The notes under the pieces were generated by a model, which was not told the origin of the DNA, searched no databases, and saw nothing but the letters and a program-made list of their open reading frames with translations. Positions 49,093-61,080 of a DNA stretch of 64,000 bases are shown here, one piece after another. How positions within the stretch are numbered: the first letter of the stretch is position 1; every line of letters begins with the position of its first letter. The DNA lies in contig OU015569.1 of assembly GCA_907165135.1 (NCBI GenBank), forward strand, positions 12,772,001 through 12,836,000, in the 5' to 3' direction. This stretch comes from Oikopleura dioica (lineage: Eukaryota > Animalia > Chordata). A program made the translations under genes and the position numbers.

Positions 49093-49875
49093 CAAAACCA
49101 GTTGATTGCTTTCTGATCACGTGCTTTTTCGATTCTTGATTACAAAAATTCAGATCAAATGAAAAAAAATTAGAAAAAGATTTGTGATTTTTGAAATGCA
49201 GCTTTTGGTTTTATTATCGTAATTTCAAGCTCTTAGAAACATTGTTTAGAATCAAACAATTTTGAAGGACTGCTTCTTTTCAGCGTTTTTGTTGTTTTCT
49301 TTCATAATTTCATCAATAATTATCGCTGCAAATAGAACTCGCCAATTCCAAGTTGTTTTCGTTACGGTTCTGCTTCAAACAAAAACAGAAAAACGAGCAA
49401 TTCCAAAGCACCAAAACTGGCAATCGAAGAATATATGTTTAACTTGTGTTTATTATGCGAGGCGCTGTTTTATCGCTCCAGCTTTTCTCTTTTTTCTTTT
49501 TCCAGTGAACTCGACCGCAGAAATTTTACAAGAAATTTATCGTACATTTCATTCTACCCACTTCTGCGCTTAGACGCTTGACACAGTAGAAGTGACAGCT
49601 AGGCGACTGAAACAACTGTGTTTGAATGCAAAACGCAAATCGTAAGATCGCAAATTTAAAGCCGGATTATGATCAGAAGGGTCAGCCCTTCTCTAACCCC
49701 CAAACGCGGACAGGTTTCGGCGATTACAAATGATCATTTACGAAGAAAAAAATTAAGCGCATCACTAAATTATTTGACGTAACTTATTTCTGAGCAGAGA
49801 GAGATAAGGAAAGGAAGAGGCCTAAAACGTTTTTAAGGATATGCAGCCTTATTTTTAGTTTAACTCCCTTATTCT

Positions 49876-49996
49876 GGAGTCGACAACCTGTGTAGAAAAC
49901 CTGAGTCAGGGTCTTGAAGAAGCTTTGCCGCTTTTGTTTTTTGAGCTAAGCTTTTTCAGAACCCTGACTCAGGTTTTCTACACAGATAACCGAGCC
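49876..49996. mobile_element. hAT-type MITE (host family)
   Basis: caacctgtgtagaaaacctgagtcagggtc / accctgactcaggttttctacacag. Confidence 0.7.
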
Positions 49997-51590
49997 AAGC
50001 CTATCTATTAACGACAATGCGGGTGGAAGATAAAAGTAGAAACTTTCTTTTGATGAATAAAAATAAGTACACTTGATACATATCAATTTAATAACTCTTG
50101 TAGAAAATCGGCTTTTTACAAGAAACCCTTAATTCTGACTTTATCTTTTATAAGTTATTAATTAATGTAATGACTATTGACGATAAACACGCTCTTTAGA
50201 AAGCCGAAGAGCATTTCTTCAGATCAATAATTGTTATTTTCAATAATTTCCAGGATCCAAGCCGTGTTTTCGTGCAAACCAGATTCGATAGTGATAATAG
50301 TGTATTTGGAGCTAGATGTTGCGTGGTCCATTCAGCTCGTTTCGTCGAGCATTGCGGGATGATTCCAGTCAGTTGGCCCGTGCATGAAAAGACAGAGGGC
50401 GCTCGCGAGGGACTGTGCACGCTGATATCACGTAAAATTGGACGAGCTAGGTGTACCATTGAACCGCGTGTGAGAGACCGTCGCCGAATCAAATCGTTAC
50501 AAGCGCAACTAGAATTACGAAGCCCTTCATACAGAAACGAAAAACCAGAGACAGGTCAGAAAATTTAGAGAGAAAGACAAAACCGCCAAAGAAAAGCACG
50601 ATTAGAGAGATTTAAAATTCAACGCGAAAATTTCGAAAAATCAAGTAGAAAAAAAGAAAAATAAAAGTATAATTAATACTTGAGGAAATTTTGATGCTCA
50701 AAATTTCAAATAATCGAAAATCCAAAATTCTAAAAAATAAAATAATTGAAAAAATTGGAGATTTGGTATTTTCATCGGGATTTTTATTGAAAAAAATGAA
50801 TAAATTTGATTTTTTTTATTCCAATTTCAAAAAATGCAAATATGATAAAAATGAGCTTTTGAAGAAACGATTTTTTATGATCATTTAATTTCTTTTATGA
50901 AAATCTTAATTTTTTAAAATTAATTTGCCAACTCAAAAAACGAAGAAAATCTTTCATCGAGAATCGTCATTTTTTTCGTTACAGTCGGAAAGAGCGAGAA
51001 TGATAATTATCACGTTCGTTGAGAGGAACGCGCTTTCCCCTGTGATACGCTCTCCTGCTTTCTGACTCCGCCCAGGGTAACATTCTAGCGCCCGTGCCCC
51101 CTTTTTGCTGAGCTCGACACTCCGCTCATCCTTTTTCCAAGACGCGCTTTACCGCGTGACTGCCGAGCTCAACAAAATAAAAAAAAAACGACGAAATCTT
51201 CAAAAAAAAAATAATTGAAAGAAATAAACCTTTCTTAAAATTCGGGCAACTTAAATTAAAGGGTCTAAACCGTAACTCAAAGAAATTTGGTCACCGTCAT
51301 CGTAATTTAAAGAAATTCAAGAGGGTGGCTGAAGAAGCCTTTTGAAATTGCATCAGTCGGACGGCGCAAATGCCAATTTCGCTGAGACAGAATATTGTTT
51401 GGCGATTAATGACGAGACAATTTGACCTTTTTTACTCCTCCGCGAAAGGGGTTTCCTGAGACTCGACTGTTTAAATTCGCATAATTGCAACTCGCGCGTC
51501 TCCTAAATTTAGTTTGATAATCGTTCTTTTCAGATGATCTAACCACGCTGCGCCCCAACTGGTTCATCCTCCCCTCTCCTTTAACCAAAA

Positions 51591-52887
51591 ATGATGGCCC
51601 AGCCGCACGGGCTCTACGCCCAGCCGATGGGCGGCTACTACCCCCAACAAATGCAGTATCCCCAGCAACACCAACAGCCCCAATTTCAAATGCCATCCCA
51701 GCAGGTTCAGTCTTACGTTCCCCCCGTCCCGAGCTCAGCAGAATACGAGTACCCAGGCTCGAGTTTCGGCGCTCCAAAGTCCGACTTTGGCAAGTCAATC
51801 AAAGACCACGGCATTCCCACGGCCAAAGACGGCCGCGTGGATACAAACAGAGCGGCTAGGCTGCGTAAAATGATGAAAAACGTTATGTTAAAATCTTCAA
51901 AAAGCAGGGGCTCGGCAATTTCGATGCCTTCTGCCCCCGCTGCCCCAGCCCCTGCTGCTCCCCCCGCTGCTCCCCAAATTCCCGCTCATCCAGTAGTGCC
52001 CGTAAACACCCCACCTCCCATTCCCCAAACAGCATCACCCGCAGTCGTTTATGAAAATCACGGCGTCCCACAGACAGTTCTTCCGCCTTCAGTCTACCAC
52101 GTGGATAACTCGCAGCCGCCCGAGCTTCCCAGCAGCAACATCAGCAACATTCTAGCGACGGAAGAAAACGAGCTGCTTTTCCTTGTTTTCATTTCAGGTG
52201 CGCTATTTGGGAAGTGCTCAACCCGTGTAAATACGATTTCTTTATTTAGTGGCCGGTGTGTCGCTGATTTGCATTTTGGCGCTGGCACTGTATCTTTTGA
52301 AAAGACGCCGTCGCTCAGCAGAAATTTCGGTCGCTGAAGATGGCCGCTTTGAACAGTTCAAGGATCCGGGCCCGCTCTCCAGCCACTCCTCCTACATCGA
52401 CCCCGGCAACTTGTCCTGCAGGGAAATGGAGACGAAGAAGTACAACTGCAAAAATATACCCGCGCCAAAAGACTTTATGGATAAGAAGGTTAGTCTTTCT
52501 GCCAATTCTTTCAACAAGAAGACATCGTCTTTCTGGTTCAAAATTGCCAATAAAATGCGTCAGAATGGGCTCAAGATAGTTGATTTTTTCCTTTCTATCG
52601 ACACTTGACGAGAAAATCGACAATTTTGAGCCGATTTCTAGCAATTTTACTAGGAATTTTGGACCGCAAAGTCGAAATCGTAAAATTGTCAATTTTGAGA
52701 AAGAGTTTTTAAATAATAGAACATTTTTCAACTCTCTAAATAGGACATCGAAATGGTGAGAACGCTGAGTAGAGCTCCTGCTCAAGAAGAACTCTACCGA
52801 ATACGATCGAACGAGTCAAAGGACTCCGGCTTCTCTAACTCGCGGATATCAAGAAAGGTCTCCTACATCGCGCAGCTAAAAACTTGA
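51591..52887 (+). CDS. Host single-pass membrane ORFan with Gln/Pro-rich region
   Basis: Q/P-rich ORF, then hydrophobic VSLICILALALYLL followed by KRRRR; exon boundaries partly inferred. Confidence 0.5.
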
Positions 52888-53206
52888 AGATCCACTTTTT
52901 TGTACGAAAAACACTAGAAAACAAAAACAATGCAATCATCTCCCTGTTCATACGGTTTCAACAGTTTGTGAATACAGCACACTGATACGTGTTTCTTTAA
53001 TTTATAAAAAATCGTCTTAATTTGATCAGACTTGGTGCGGCGAGTTCCAAAATTCAGATTCTCTTTCTTGAAGTAGTTTATTTGATCAGTGCCGACTTGA
53101 ACAAAACAACATCGAGTCCTAGTCACTCTCCTTCGGCCCGTTCAGAATAAAAAGGGACGGGCGCTGAGAAAAAGACAAAAACTAAAACTGAAAAGAGAAA
53201 ACTTAG

Positions 53207-56200
53207 AAAATGGCTCTCGCTCCTGGATATGGAGCCAACTCGGCCTTTTGCGCACGAACACGCTCGTCTGCGAAACTTCACGGGTAATGGGAAAGAACTG
53301 CGACGATATTTGGACGAGATCTTCGTCTAGAGATCGACCAGAAAGCGGCATCTACAAGATTCAGATGCCCGGGCTTGAAGCCAAAGACGTCGAGTGCATT
53401 TTCGGCAGCGGTTCGCCAAAAACTGTCATCCAAAAGCGAACAACTGGCAAACTCAATTTTAACCGTGGCTGGAGAGATTACAAATATGGATTCTCCAACG
53501 ATGTCGAAGTCTCTCCTTTCAACGGAGGCGGCAGCTCCATGCGTGGTCCTCGACCAAAACAGTGCAATCTCCAGGAATACTGGATCGGTCTCGAGTACAT
53601 TCATGCGCTGACCCAAGATGGATACAACAACCTTCGAATCGATCTTGAGCGATACGACGGACAGGAAGGAACGGTCACTTATGGAAATTTCGACATTGGC
53701 TCCGAGAGAGAACAGTACAGACTCAACTCTCTTGGTGAATTTAGCAATGATGGAAACCGAGATCTTGGCGACGCTTTCAGAGGCACAGGCTTCGGAGATC
53801 AGGGCTACAGTCGATGGGACAAGGAAGATACCAACCACGAAGGCATGCCCTTTTCCACTTATGATCGAGATAACGACAAGTACGATGAAGGAAACTGTGC
53901 CAGAGAAGATGGCTCAGGCTGGTGGTTCAACCGATGCTCCGCTGCTAACCTTAATGGAAAACATTATGGCAAAGGAAGCACTGCTCTTTACAGACCCAAG
54001 TATGTACTCTTTCTTGATTTCAATGAATAATAATTGCCAGGAATGACCAGAGCTTTGATGACGGTATTCTCTGGATGACATGGACTCAGAACAAATTTGA
54101 ATCACTGACAGGATCAAAAATGAGTCTCGGAGGTGTTGACTTTGATGAAACTGATAAATCAATAGTGAATTATAAAGATTGCCAAGAAATAGCCGAAATG
54201 CTCTACAAAAAGGTAGCGTTCAGAAATGAAAAAGGTTACCTGTACTCGTCATTAACTTTCTAACAGAGTATTTCTACTAATCGTTAGTGCATTAACGCGC
54301 CCATAGAATGACCTTTATCTCGTTATCTACCATCAGGGATCCCTGGAGTGCGCTGACTCATTCGCTGTGCCATCAGCGCGCTTTCTTTTGGCCGCTTCAG
54401 AGTAGGGTTCGCACGCAAATAAATTTCTTGATTTTCAAGTTTCTTTAAACTCGTTGATATGAAAATTTACAATAGTAATATTGCCATTTTGAAGAAGTTA
54501 AAATTCTTTAAAAATATAAAAAAGTTTTTTCAACCCTTTTTGCTAAGAAAAATATTTAATTCGTCTTTAGGCACATTTCTAGTGAAGCGGCACTAACGAG
54601 TACTCGATATATTGTAGTAATTGCCGTAACGAACAATCTATGAAAGTTTGGTTAAAATCGGTTGGTACTCCTAGGCGCCGTGGCTCTTGAAAATATGAAG
54701 CCTGCAAGTCTTTGTTATTGTCTTGGAGGACCCCCTTGGAGGACTTCATCTGCTGGAAGACCAATATTATGAATATTCAATATATGGCCGTGCTCGGCCG
54801 GTATATGGCCACCCATGGTCAACTTTGGTCAAGTTCGGCCGGAGGACCCCGGAGGACCTCCTTGGTGGAAGACCATCAGCTTGAAGACCAATATTCAAAA
54901 TTTTCAATTTATGGCTGTGCTCGGCCAATCTCAGCCCCGTTCCTTGATTTTTATATTTAACCCGTTAACAGGGTGGTCGATTTCGCCTACGCTTTTGCCT
55001 GTCTGCGATTGAGTGAAATCATGAATCCGGGCATGCGATTGGCTACTAATTTCCACGCGTGGAGATTAGATCTCCACGGGCCTGTTAACGTTCCTTGATT
55101 TTTTAATTTAAGGGGCTTGACGGCCCTTCGGGCCGTCTCAGCCCCGTTCCTTGATTTTTTAATTTAAGGGGCTTGACGGCCCTTCGGGCCGTCTCAGCCC
55201 CGTTCCTTGATTTTTTAATTTAAGGGGCTTGACGGCCCTTCGGGCCGTCTCAGCCCCGTTCCTTGATTTTTAATTTAAGGGCTTGACGGCCCTTCGGGCC
55301 GTCTCAGCCCCGTTCCTTGATTTTTAATTTAAGGGCTTGACGGCCCTTCGGGCCGTCTCAGCCCCGTTCCTTGATTTTTAATTTAAGGGCTTGACGGCCC
55401 TTCGGGCCGTCTCAGCCCCGTTCCTTGATTTTTTAATTTAAGGGCTTGACGGCCCTTCGGGCCGTCTCAGCCCCGTTCCTTGATTTTTAATTTAAGGGCT
55501 TGACGGCCCTTCGGGCCGTCTCAGCCCCGTTCCTTGATTTTTAATTTAAGGGCTTGACGGCCCTTCGGGCCGTCTCAGCCCCGTTCCTTGATTTTTAATT
55601 TAAGGGCTTGACGGCCCTTCGGGCCGTCTCAGCCCCGTTCCTTGATTTTTAATTTAAGGGGCTTGACGGCCCTTCGGGCCGTCTCAGCCCCGTTCCTTGA
55701 TTTTTAATTTAAGGGGCTTGACGGCCCTTCGGGCCGTCTCAGCCCCGTTCCTTGATTTTTAATTTAAGGGGCTTGAGATCGGCGTTGGACTCTGAGGTGA
55801 TCAATCTCAGTTATGTCCCCAACCCCACCCACACCCATTCGAGGATTAAATTCAAATTAATCAAGTTTTTTCTTTTATTATGGTTTTTATTTAGTTTTTT
55901 TATAATTTTAATTTCTTTATTTGCGGATTTATCATCTTGCTACGACTTTTTTCGACTCGAAAAAATCATTTTTGAGCTTTTAAAATGATAGTCTAGGTTT
56001 TCTCAGGCTTAATTTTGCAAAAATGAAAAAATCGATTTTTCGACCCCTATACCCTTAATTTTTCGAAAATTTTCTTTGATTTTTTTCTTGATTAGGACCT
56101 CAGAAATATGTCTACAAAATTTCATCCCTCCAGATCAAGTGCAAAAAAGTCCATTTTTCCACTGGCGCAACCCCAGTGATAAGACTTTCAGGAGTGATAA

Positions 56201-58158
56201 AGAAGGGTTCCTGCGTTTCGATTAAGTTAATTTTTTAAGAATGTCCCATTTACGTTGATTTGATTTATCTGCGAAAATTTCAAAATCAGGGTCGAAAAAA
56301 AATTTTTCGCAAAAAGTTACTTGAGCCAAGATCTCGGCGAGCGGCGGCACTTCAGCACACGAGCGCCACCCATCCATCGCGGCGCGGCGCGCACACCGGC
56401 GATTTTTCGCCATTTTCTCGACTCTAGAACTCGGGTTCTAGTAGAGATTTTTAAATTCTGATTTCAGATTTGAAATCAGTGGAATGAATAAGGGGGGGAC
56501 ACTAAAAATGGTTATTTGTTAAGCATTTTAAAATTTTAAAATTATTTGGGTGCGAACCCTACTTCAGAGGCAAAAGGGAAAGATGGGCGCTGCGAGCTCG
56601 ATGAATCAGAGCGCTGTATTCTCTGGCGCACTGCAGGGATACGTGATGGTAGATGAGATACAGTTTTTTATGGAACTTCTGGACACCAGATTATGCAACA
56701 AAAAATGTCCAGAACTTCCATAATTAACTGTATTTCAGATCTGAAAAAAAATTAAAATCCGTATCAGCTAAATAGAAAAAATATTTTGTCGACTCGTAAG
56801 ACAGACCCTTATCCGATCGTTGTTGACACCGTTTAATCATTTTGAACGCCAAAAGGGGCAATTGACCCAAGGAAACGCTGAAGATTTCAACGGCGTTTAC
56901 AATATTTATACGAACTCAGAAGAAACTGAATCCAAACCAACTCAGTGCAAGTTCTATGCTAAAGGTAGAACACCATGTGGCCTCACTCTGATCCAAAAAC
57001 GTATGGACGGAGCAGAAGATTTCAACCGGGGATGGTCGGACTATAAACGCGGCTTCGGTTTGAACATTGTTTCCAATCGAGGTCCACGGCCCAACAACGA
57101 CGAAGACCAGTCGCTCGGTGATGGTAATTCATAAATTAAGAGAACACGCACTAGAATCATTTTTAGGTGTTTCTGAGGGATGGCTTGGAAACGATCCCAT
57201 CTGGCACTTGACTAACAATATCAAGGATGATTACAATCGAGCCGTTAGGATGGGATTGTTGGTCGAAATGGACCGGAAATACGACGCAGCGACCAAGTTT
57301 GACAACAGTGCCGCTTGCAGGTAAAAACCGAATAGGATAACGGTTTTTCTGATAAACCAAAAGATACGACTTCTTCCGAACTGGGGATGAGCGATCACTT
57401 TACACACTCTTCAACATCGATGGCTATTCCAGCGTCTACGGCAACCCCGGTGACGCTTTTGCCGGAGCCGACTTCGGAAGCGAAGGATTCGGCAACGATA
57501 TTGAAATCACCCGTCACAAAGGTTTCTTGAAAGATATTCATTTTTAGAAAATGTTTGATAAGGGATGAAGTTCTCCACTCGAGACCGAGACAACGACAAC
57601 GACGCTTACTACCACTGTGGTCGACAGGACAAGTCTGGCTGGTGGTTCAACGGCTGCTCTGCTGCCAATCTCAACGGACACTACTACTCTGCTGGCGTTG
57701 TCGTATGTACAATCAGGATTTTCCCTTTTTTCTCATTCAGTTATTTTAGGAGGGCGGACGACGAGGACAGCAACTCACTAGCACAGATCAATTCGACGAC
57801 GGCATTCTTTGGGAAACTTGGACCGCCACCAAGTGGGAGTCTCTCATGGCCACTCGAATGTGGGTTGGACACAGCGAAATTATGAATATCATCTTTGGAA
57901 GGAATCGCTTATAAATTGCCAAATTTTCTGTCTTTTGATTCCAAACAGAAAGTGGAGGCAAGTAAAAAGCGCCAAAAAAGCATGGCGAGCACAAACAGCA
58001 AGCCAACCCCGCCACCATTCCGAGAAGAGCCCACTCGAGCGCCCGATTGTGACCGAACAGACTCGCACAGCTCTCCCTACCGAAACCCACTTTGCGCTGA
58101 CGACGTTGATATTTATTCCGACTACGAGTACAAAGACGACGATTCTTTCTACGCCTAA
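53207..58158 (+). CDS. Fibrinogen-related protein, probably two tandem FReD domains
   Basis: Domain 1: [56 protein letters not shown]. Domain 2: [52 protein letters not shown]. Start and inter-domain splice are inferred. Confidence 0.85.
54403..56561. mobile_element. Non-autonomous hAT element (2,159 bp) in an intron of the FReD gene
   Basis: TIR TAGGGTTCGCAC(G/C)CAAATAA; perfect 8-bp TSD CTTCAGAG at 54395..54402 and 56562..56569. Confidence 0.88.
55091..55775. repeat. Minisatellite: 12 full units of 54-56 bp plus a partial unit, each with a GC hairpin
   Basis: Unit TTCCTTGAT5-6AATTTAAG3-4CTTGACGGCCCTTCGGGCCGTCTCAGCCCCG; units differ only in homopolymer length. Confidence 0.97.
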
Positions 58159-58413
58159 ATGAATTGATATCTTCCGGAGACTTTGGAAGAGACCCTAATT
58201 CTTTCTTTACGACTAATAAAGTACTCAAAAAATCATTGAAAATTATGGTCAGAAAAGAGTGATAATTGCTCATCATTAAACACTTGCAAGGGGCTACTGA
58301 AGAACCTCTGAAACCATCTGAACTTTTAACGAGAAGCGGATCATCCATAAATCAAGAGTTTTTATAGTCGTGCGTGGATTTATTGCTCAGTAAAAGAAAC
58401 AGTCGAGGGTGCA

Positions 58414-59560
58414 TCATGCGACGTCGCCTTTGTTGAAGGTGACCCAAACTTTCATCGCTAAATGTAAAAATACGTTTATAGTGCAGTTTTTAATTTGAGT
58501 ACCGATTATGTTGTTCGCGGTGGATTCTGGGTAAATAATGAGTCCTTTGCAGTAGATGTCTCCGAGGTCGATGGGAATGATTTGATCGGAGGAAGTGTTC
58601 GCTAGAAAAATTTCATATGAGAATGACCATTGATTTTCCTTTTTTTAATTGGCAGAATTGTCTTCAAGAGTAAGTGTAGTGAGAACCTTATTTTTGGCCT
58701 TCAGATGAAAAAAAAGATAATTGTCATAGTATATGAACCTGAAATAAATAGATTCACTATTTATATTTCACGAATGAAAAAAATAAGACTGCCTTTAAAT
58801 TTTAAACTGAAGTTCACTTATTGAACCGAGTTTACCTTGGAAAGTCTTGCCGTCCATGTAAGGCAGGATCTTGCCTCCTTCGGTGATGTACTCGAAGTGA
58901 AAGCTGCGGACGAAGCTCTGTCCTTCCGGAGCGCCCGTGCCTCTCACCTGATAAAAAATAAATCAACTTTATTTCATTGTTATTTGCAAAGGTAGTGGTA
59001 TAAGACAATTCGTGCAAATCTCAGTGATTTCCTCTGAAATTAAGACTGCTTGAGTTGGTGTTTACGGCGAATAATAAATCCAGGATATTAGCGCGATTTT
59101 GAACGTGTCACAAGAAAGTGAACTCAACGTCCTTAACACACTGTATAATTCTGCTACTGAACCTTTATCGAGTCGATGCGGTAGGATTCTTCAAAGTCTG
59201 AAAACAACTAATTTAATGGAGAAGATGATATGTGATCTTACCTAGTCTCATCCATTCGTTTCCAACTTCGAATGTCTGCCAATAATCCGACTCATCACCC
59301 TTTGTGTAGTCGTATCCTTATGATTTTAGTGAGTTACAGATTCGATAACAGAACAAGTCAAAGTCTATCTCGTTTCTGGTGGAAAATACCCGGAATGGGT
59401 ATTTTTAAATTCAAGAAGGCAAAAACAGACAATTTTTTATAAGTGGTTGAAAAAGATCAAGAGCTAAGAGAACGTACCAGGAAGAGTGGAAGATTGAGTG
59501 ATTTTCTTGATTCGGACACTTTTGGTCACTTCGTGCGTAGAAAACCGCCTGGAAATGAGT
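58414..59560 (-). CDS. F5/8 type C (discoidin) domain protein, multi-exon; start uncertain
   Basis: Spliced reading NEWMRL|DFEESYRIDSIK|VRGTGAPEGQSFVRSFHFEYITEGG...FQ|ANTSSDQ...GLIIYP matches the F5/8C pattern. Confidence 0.6.
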
Positions 59561-61080
59561 TGAGAAAAAGGTCAGAACTGACTAATAAAAGGTAATTTAG
59601 CGAGTGATAGTAACTACTGTATAACAGTAAACTCGGTCCTTTTATCATCTGGGATGAGGAGATCTTCGCCCTTGTTATCGTCCGCCATTTTTGTTCTTGT
59701 CTTTTTTCGGCAATAAATCGCTTGGACAGATTGGTGGCTCTGATTTCTCTGTTTTCTTTGGCTCTGCACTTCTTCGATTACTGTTAATGCTTGGCTTCGA
59801 TGGAGTAATAAATTTCCTCCTCACGTTGTCTTGTGGCGAGCTTAGGCCAACTTGCTGGAATTTTATACTGCCATTCACACCCTTAACTTTTAATCCCTTC
59901 AAAGTCTCGATTTTTCTCCACGCGCGAATTTTCGCTACAATAAAAATGTTATGAAGCCGCCAGAAATCACGAGACGAAAAGTTTCTTACTAGGTCAAGTC
60001 TGAATACGCGCGGAATTGAGGAAAAGGCCCAAAGCACATTATCAGCATAGTTCTTGATGTTCTTAGTGCTTGTCAGCGCGAGGCGAACTTACTGAAGACG
60101 ACGGGTGATGGACGACCACAACATGGAAGCCAGTGAACGCCCAACGCACAACACGTTTTAAGACAGTACTTACAGACTTTACAGTGCTTGCAAAGGCAGA
60201 GCTGATACGAATCATCTGAAACATTCAGCATGTAAAATGCTTTGTCGGCTACCCGGATTTTTGACGGATTGCGAGCTCGACTCGGTTACCTGTTAAGAAA
60301 ACCTCAGTCGGGCTCTGATAGATCTGAAAAGCCACGTAACGGCTTCGCGAGAATTTTAAAACAGATTGGAGTAGTAATTTTGCGGTTTTTCATCAGAGAT
60401 CTTATAAGACCCGACTGGGGAACGGGCGGTTACAATACCAATTGGTATTCCAATACCAAAGTCGGCAAAAAATGTCAATATTTATAATTATAAAAATACA
60501 AAATATATAATTTATTATAATTTGTATTGTTAAATACTTGGGGAGTGTTTATAATAATTCCATGGGCAAAAAATTCAAATTGTTAAAAAAAATTCGTTTT
60601 GGAATACCAAAAAAGCTTTGGTATTGTAACCGACTGTTCCCGACCCGACTCAGGTTGCTGAGCTTTCGAATAAAAATGGTGATGAAACTCGCTTTTTTAG
60701 AAAATCGGGCGCATCAGGGGGTTCGCTTGCGATCCAAATCAAATTTAGTCAATTCATTTCATCTCTAGTATTTTATTTTCTTACGGAAGTATTGAAGGAA
60801 TGGTTCTTGAAGAATCTTGCGTATACTTTCAACCTTTTTGGATAATGAGATTCACAGAATGATAAATATAAAAATTATGAATAACGATTCATAATAATAA
60901 TGATTAAAAAGCGTTATAATTTGAAATTACACAAAAATAATATTTTTTGTTTAACGCTCGCTAGAAGTGTTTGAAAAGGAACTTGATAGTGATGATTTTG
61001 TACATTTGTCGGGTTATTATAAAAATAGGAAAATTGTACGTTTGGCAATATTTAATATTTCGCGTTTTTTGAAGCTCTTT

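Noticed and set aside
48640-50500. Minus-strand host gene between DHHC and 51591
   Set aside because: Some exon-like segments exist, but I could not build a consistent model or recognise a product.
11899-53838. Long antisense or alternative-frame ORFs (e.g. 11899..12429, 13187..13534, 36997..37905, 44832..45578, 53278..53838)
   Set aside because: They are best explained as shadows of real low-complexity or codon-biased genes, and have no motifs or splice support of their own.
55091-55775. CRISPR array or bacterial terminators
   Set aside because: There are no unique spacers and no cas genes; it is a head-to-tail minisatellite in eukaryotic intronic DNA.
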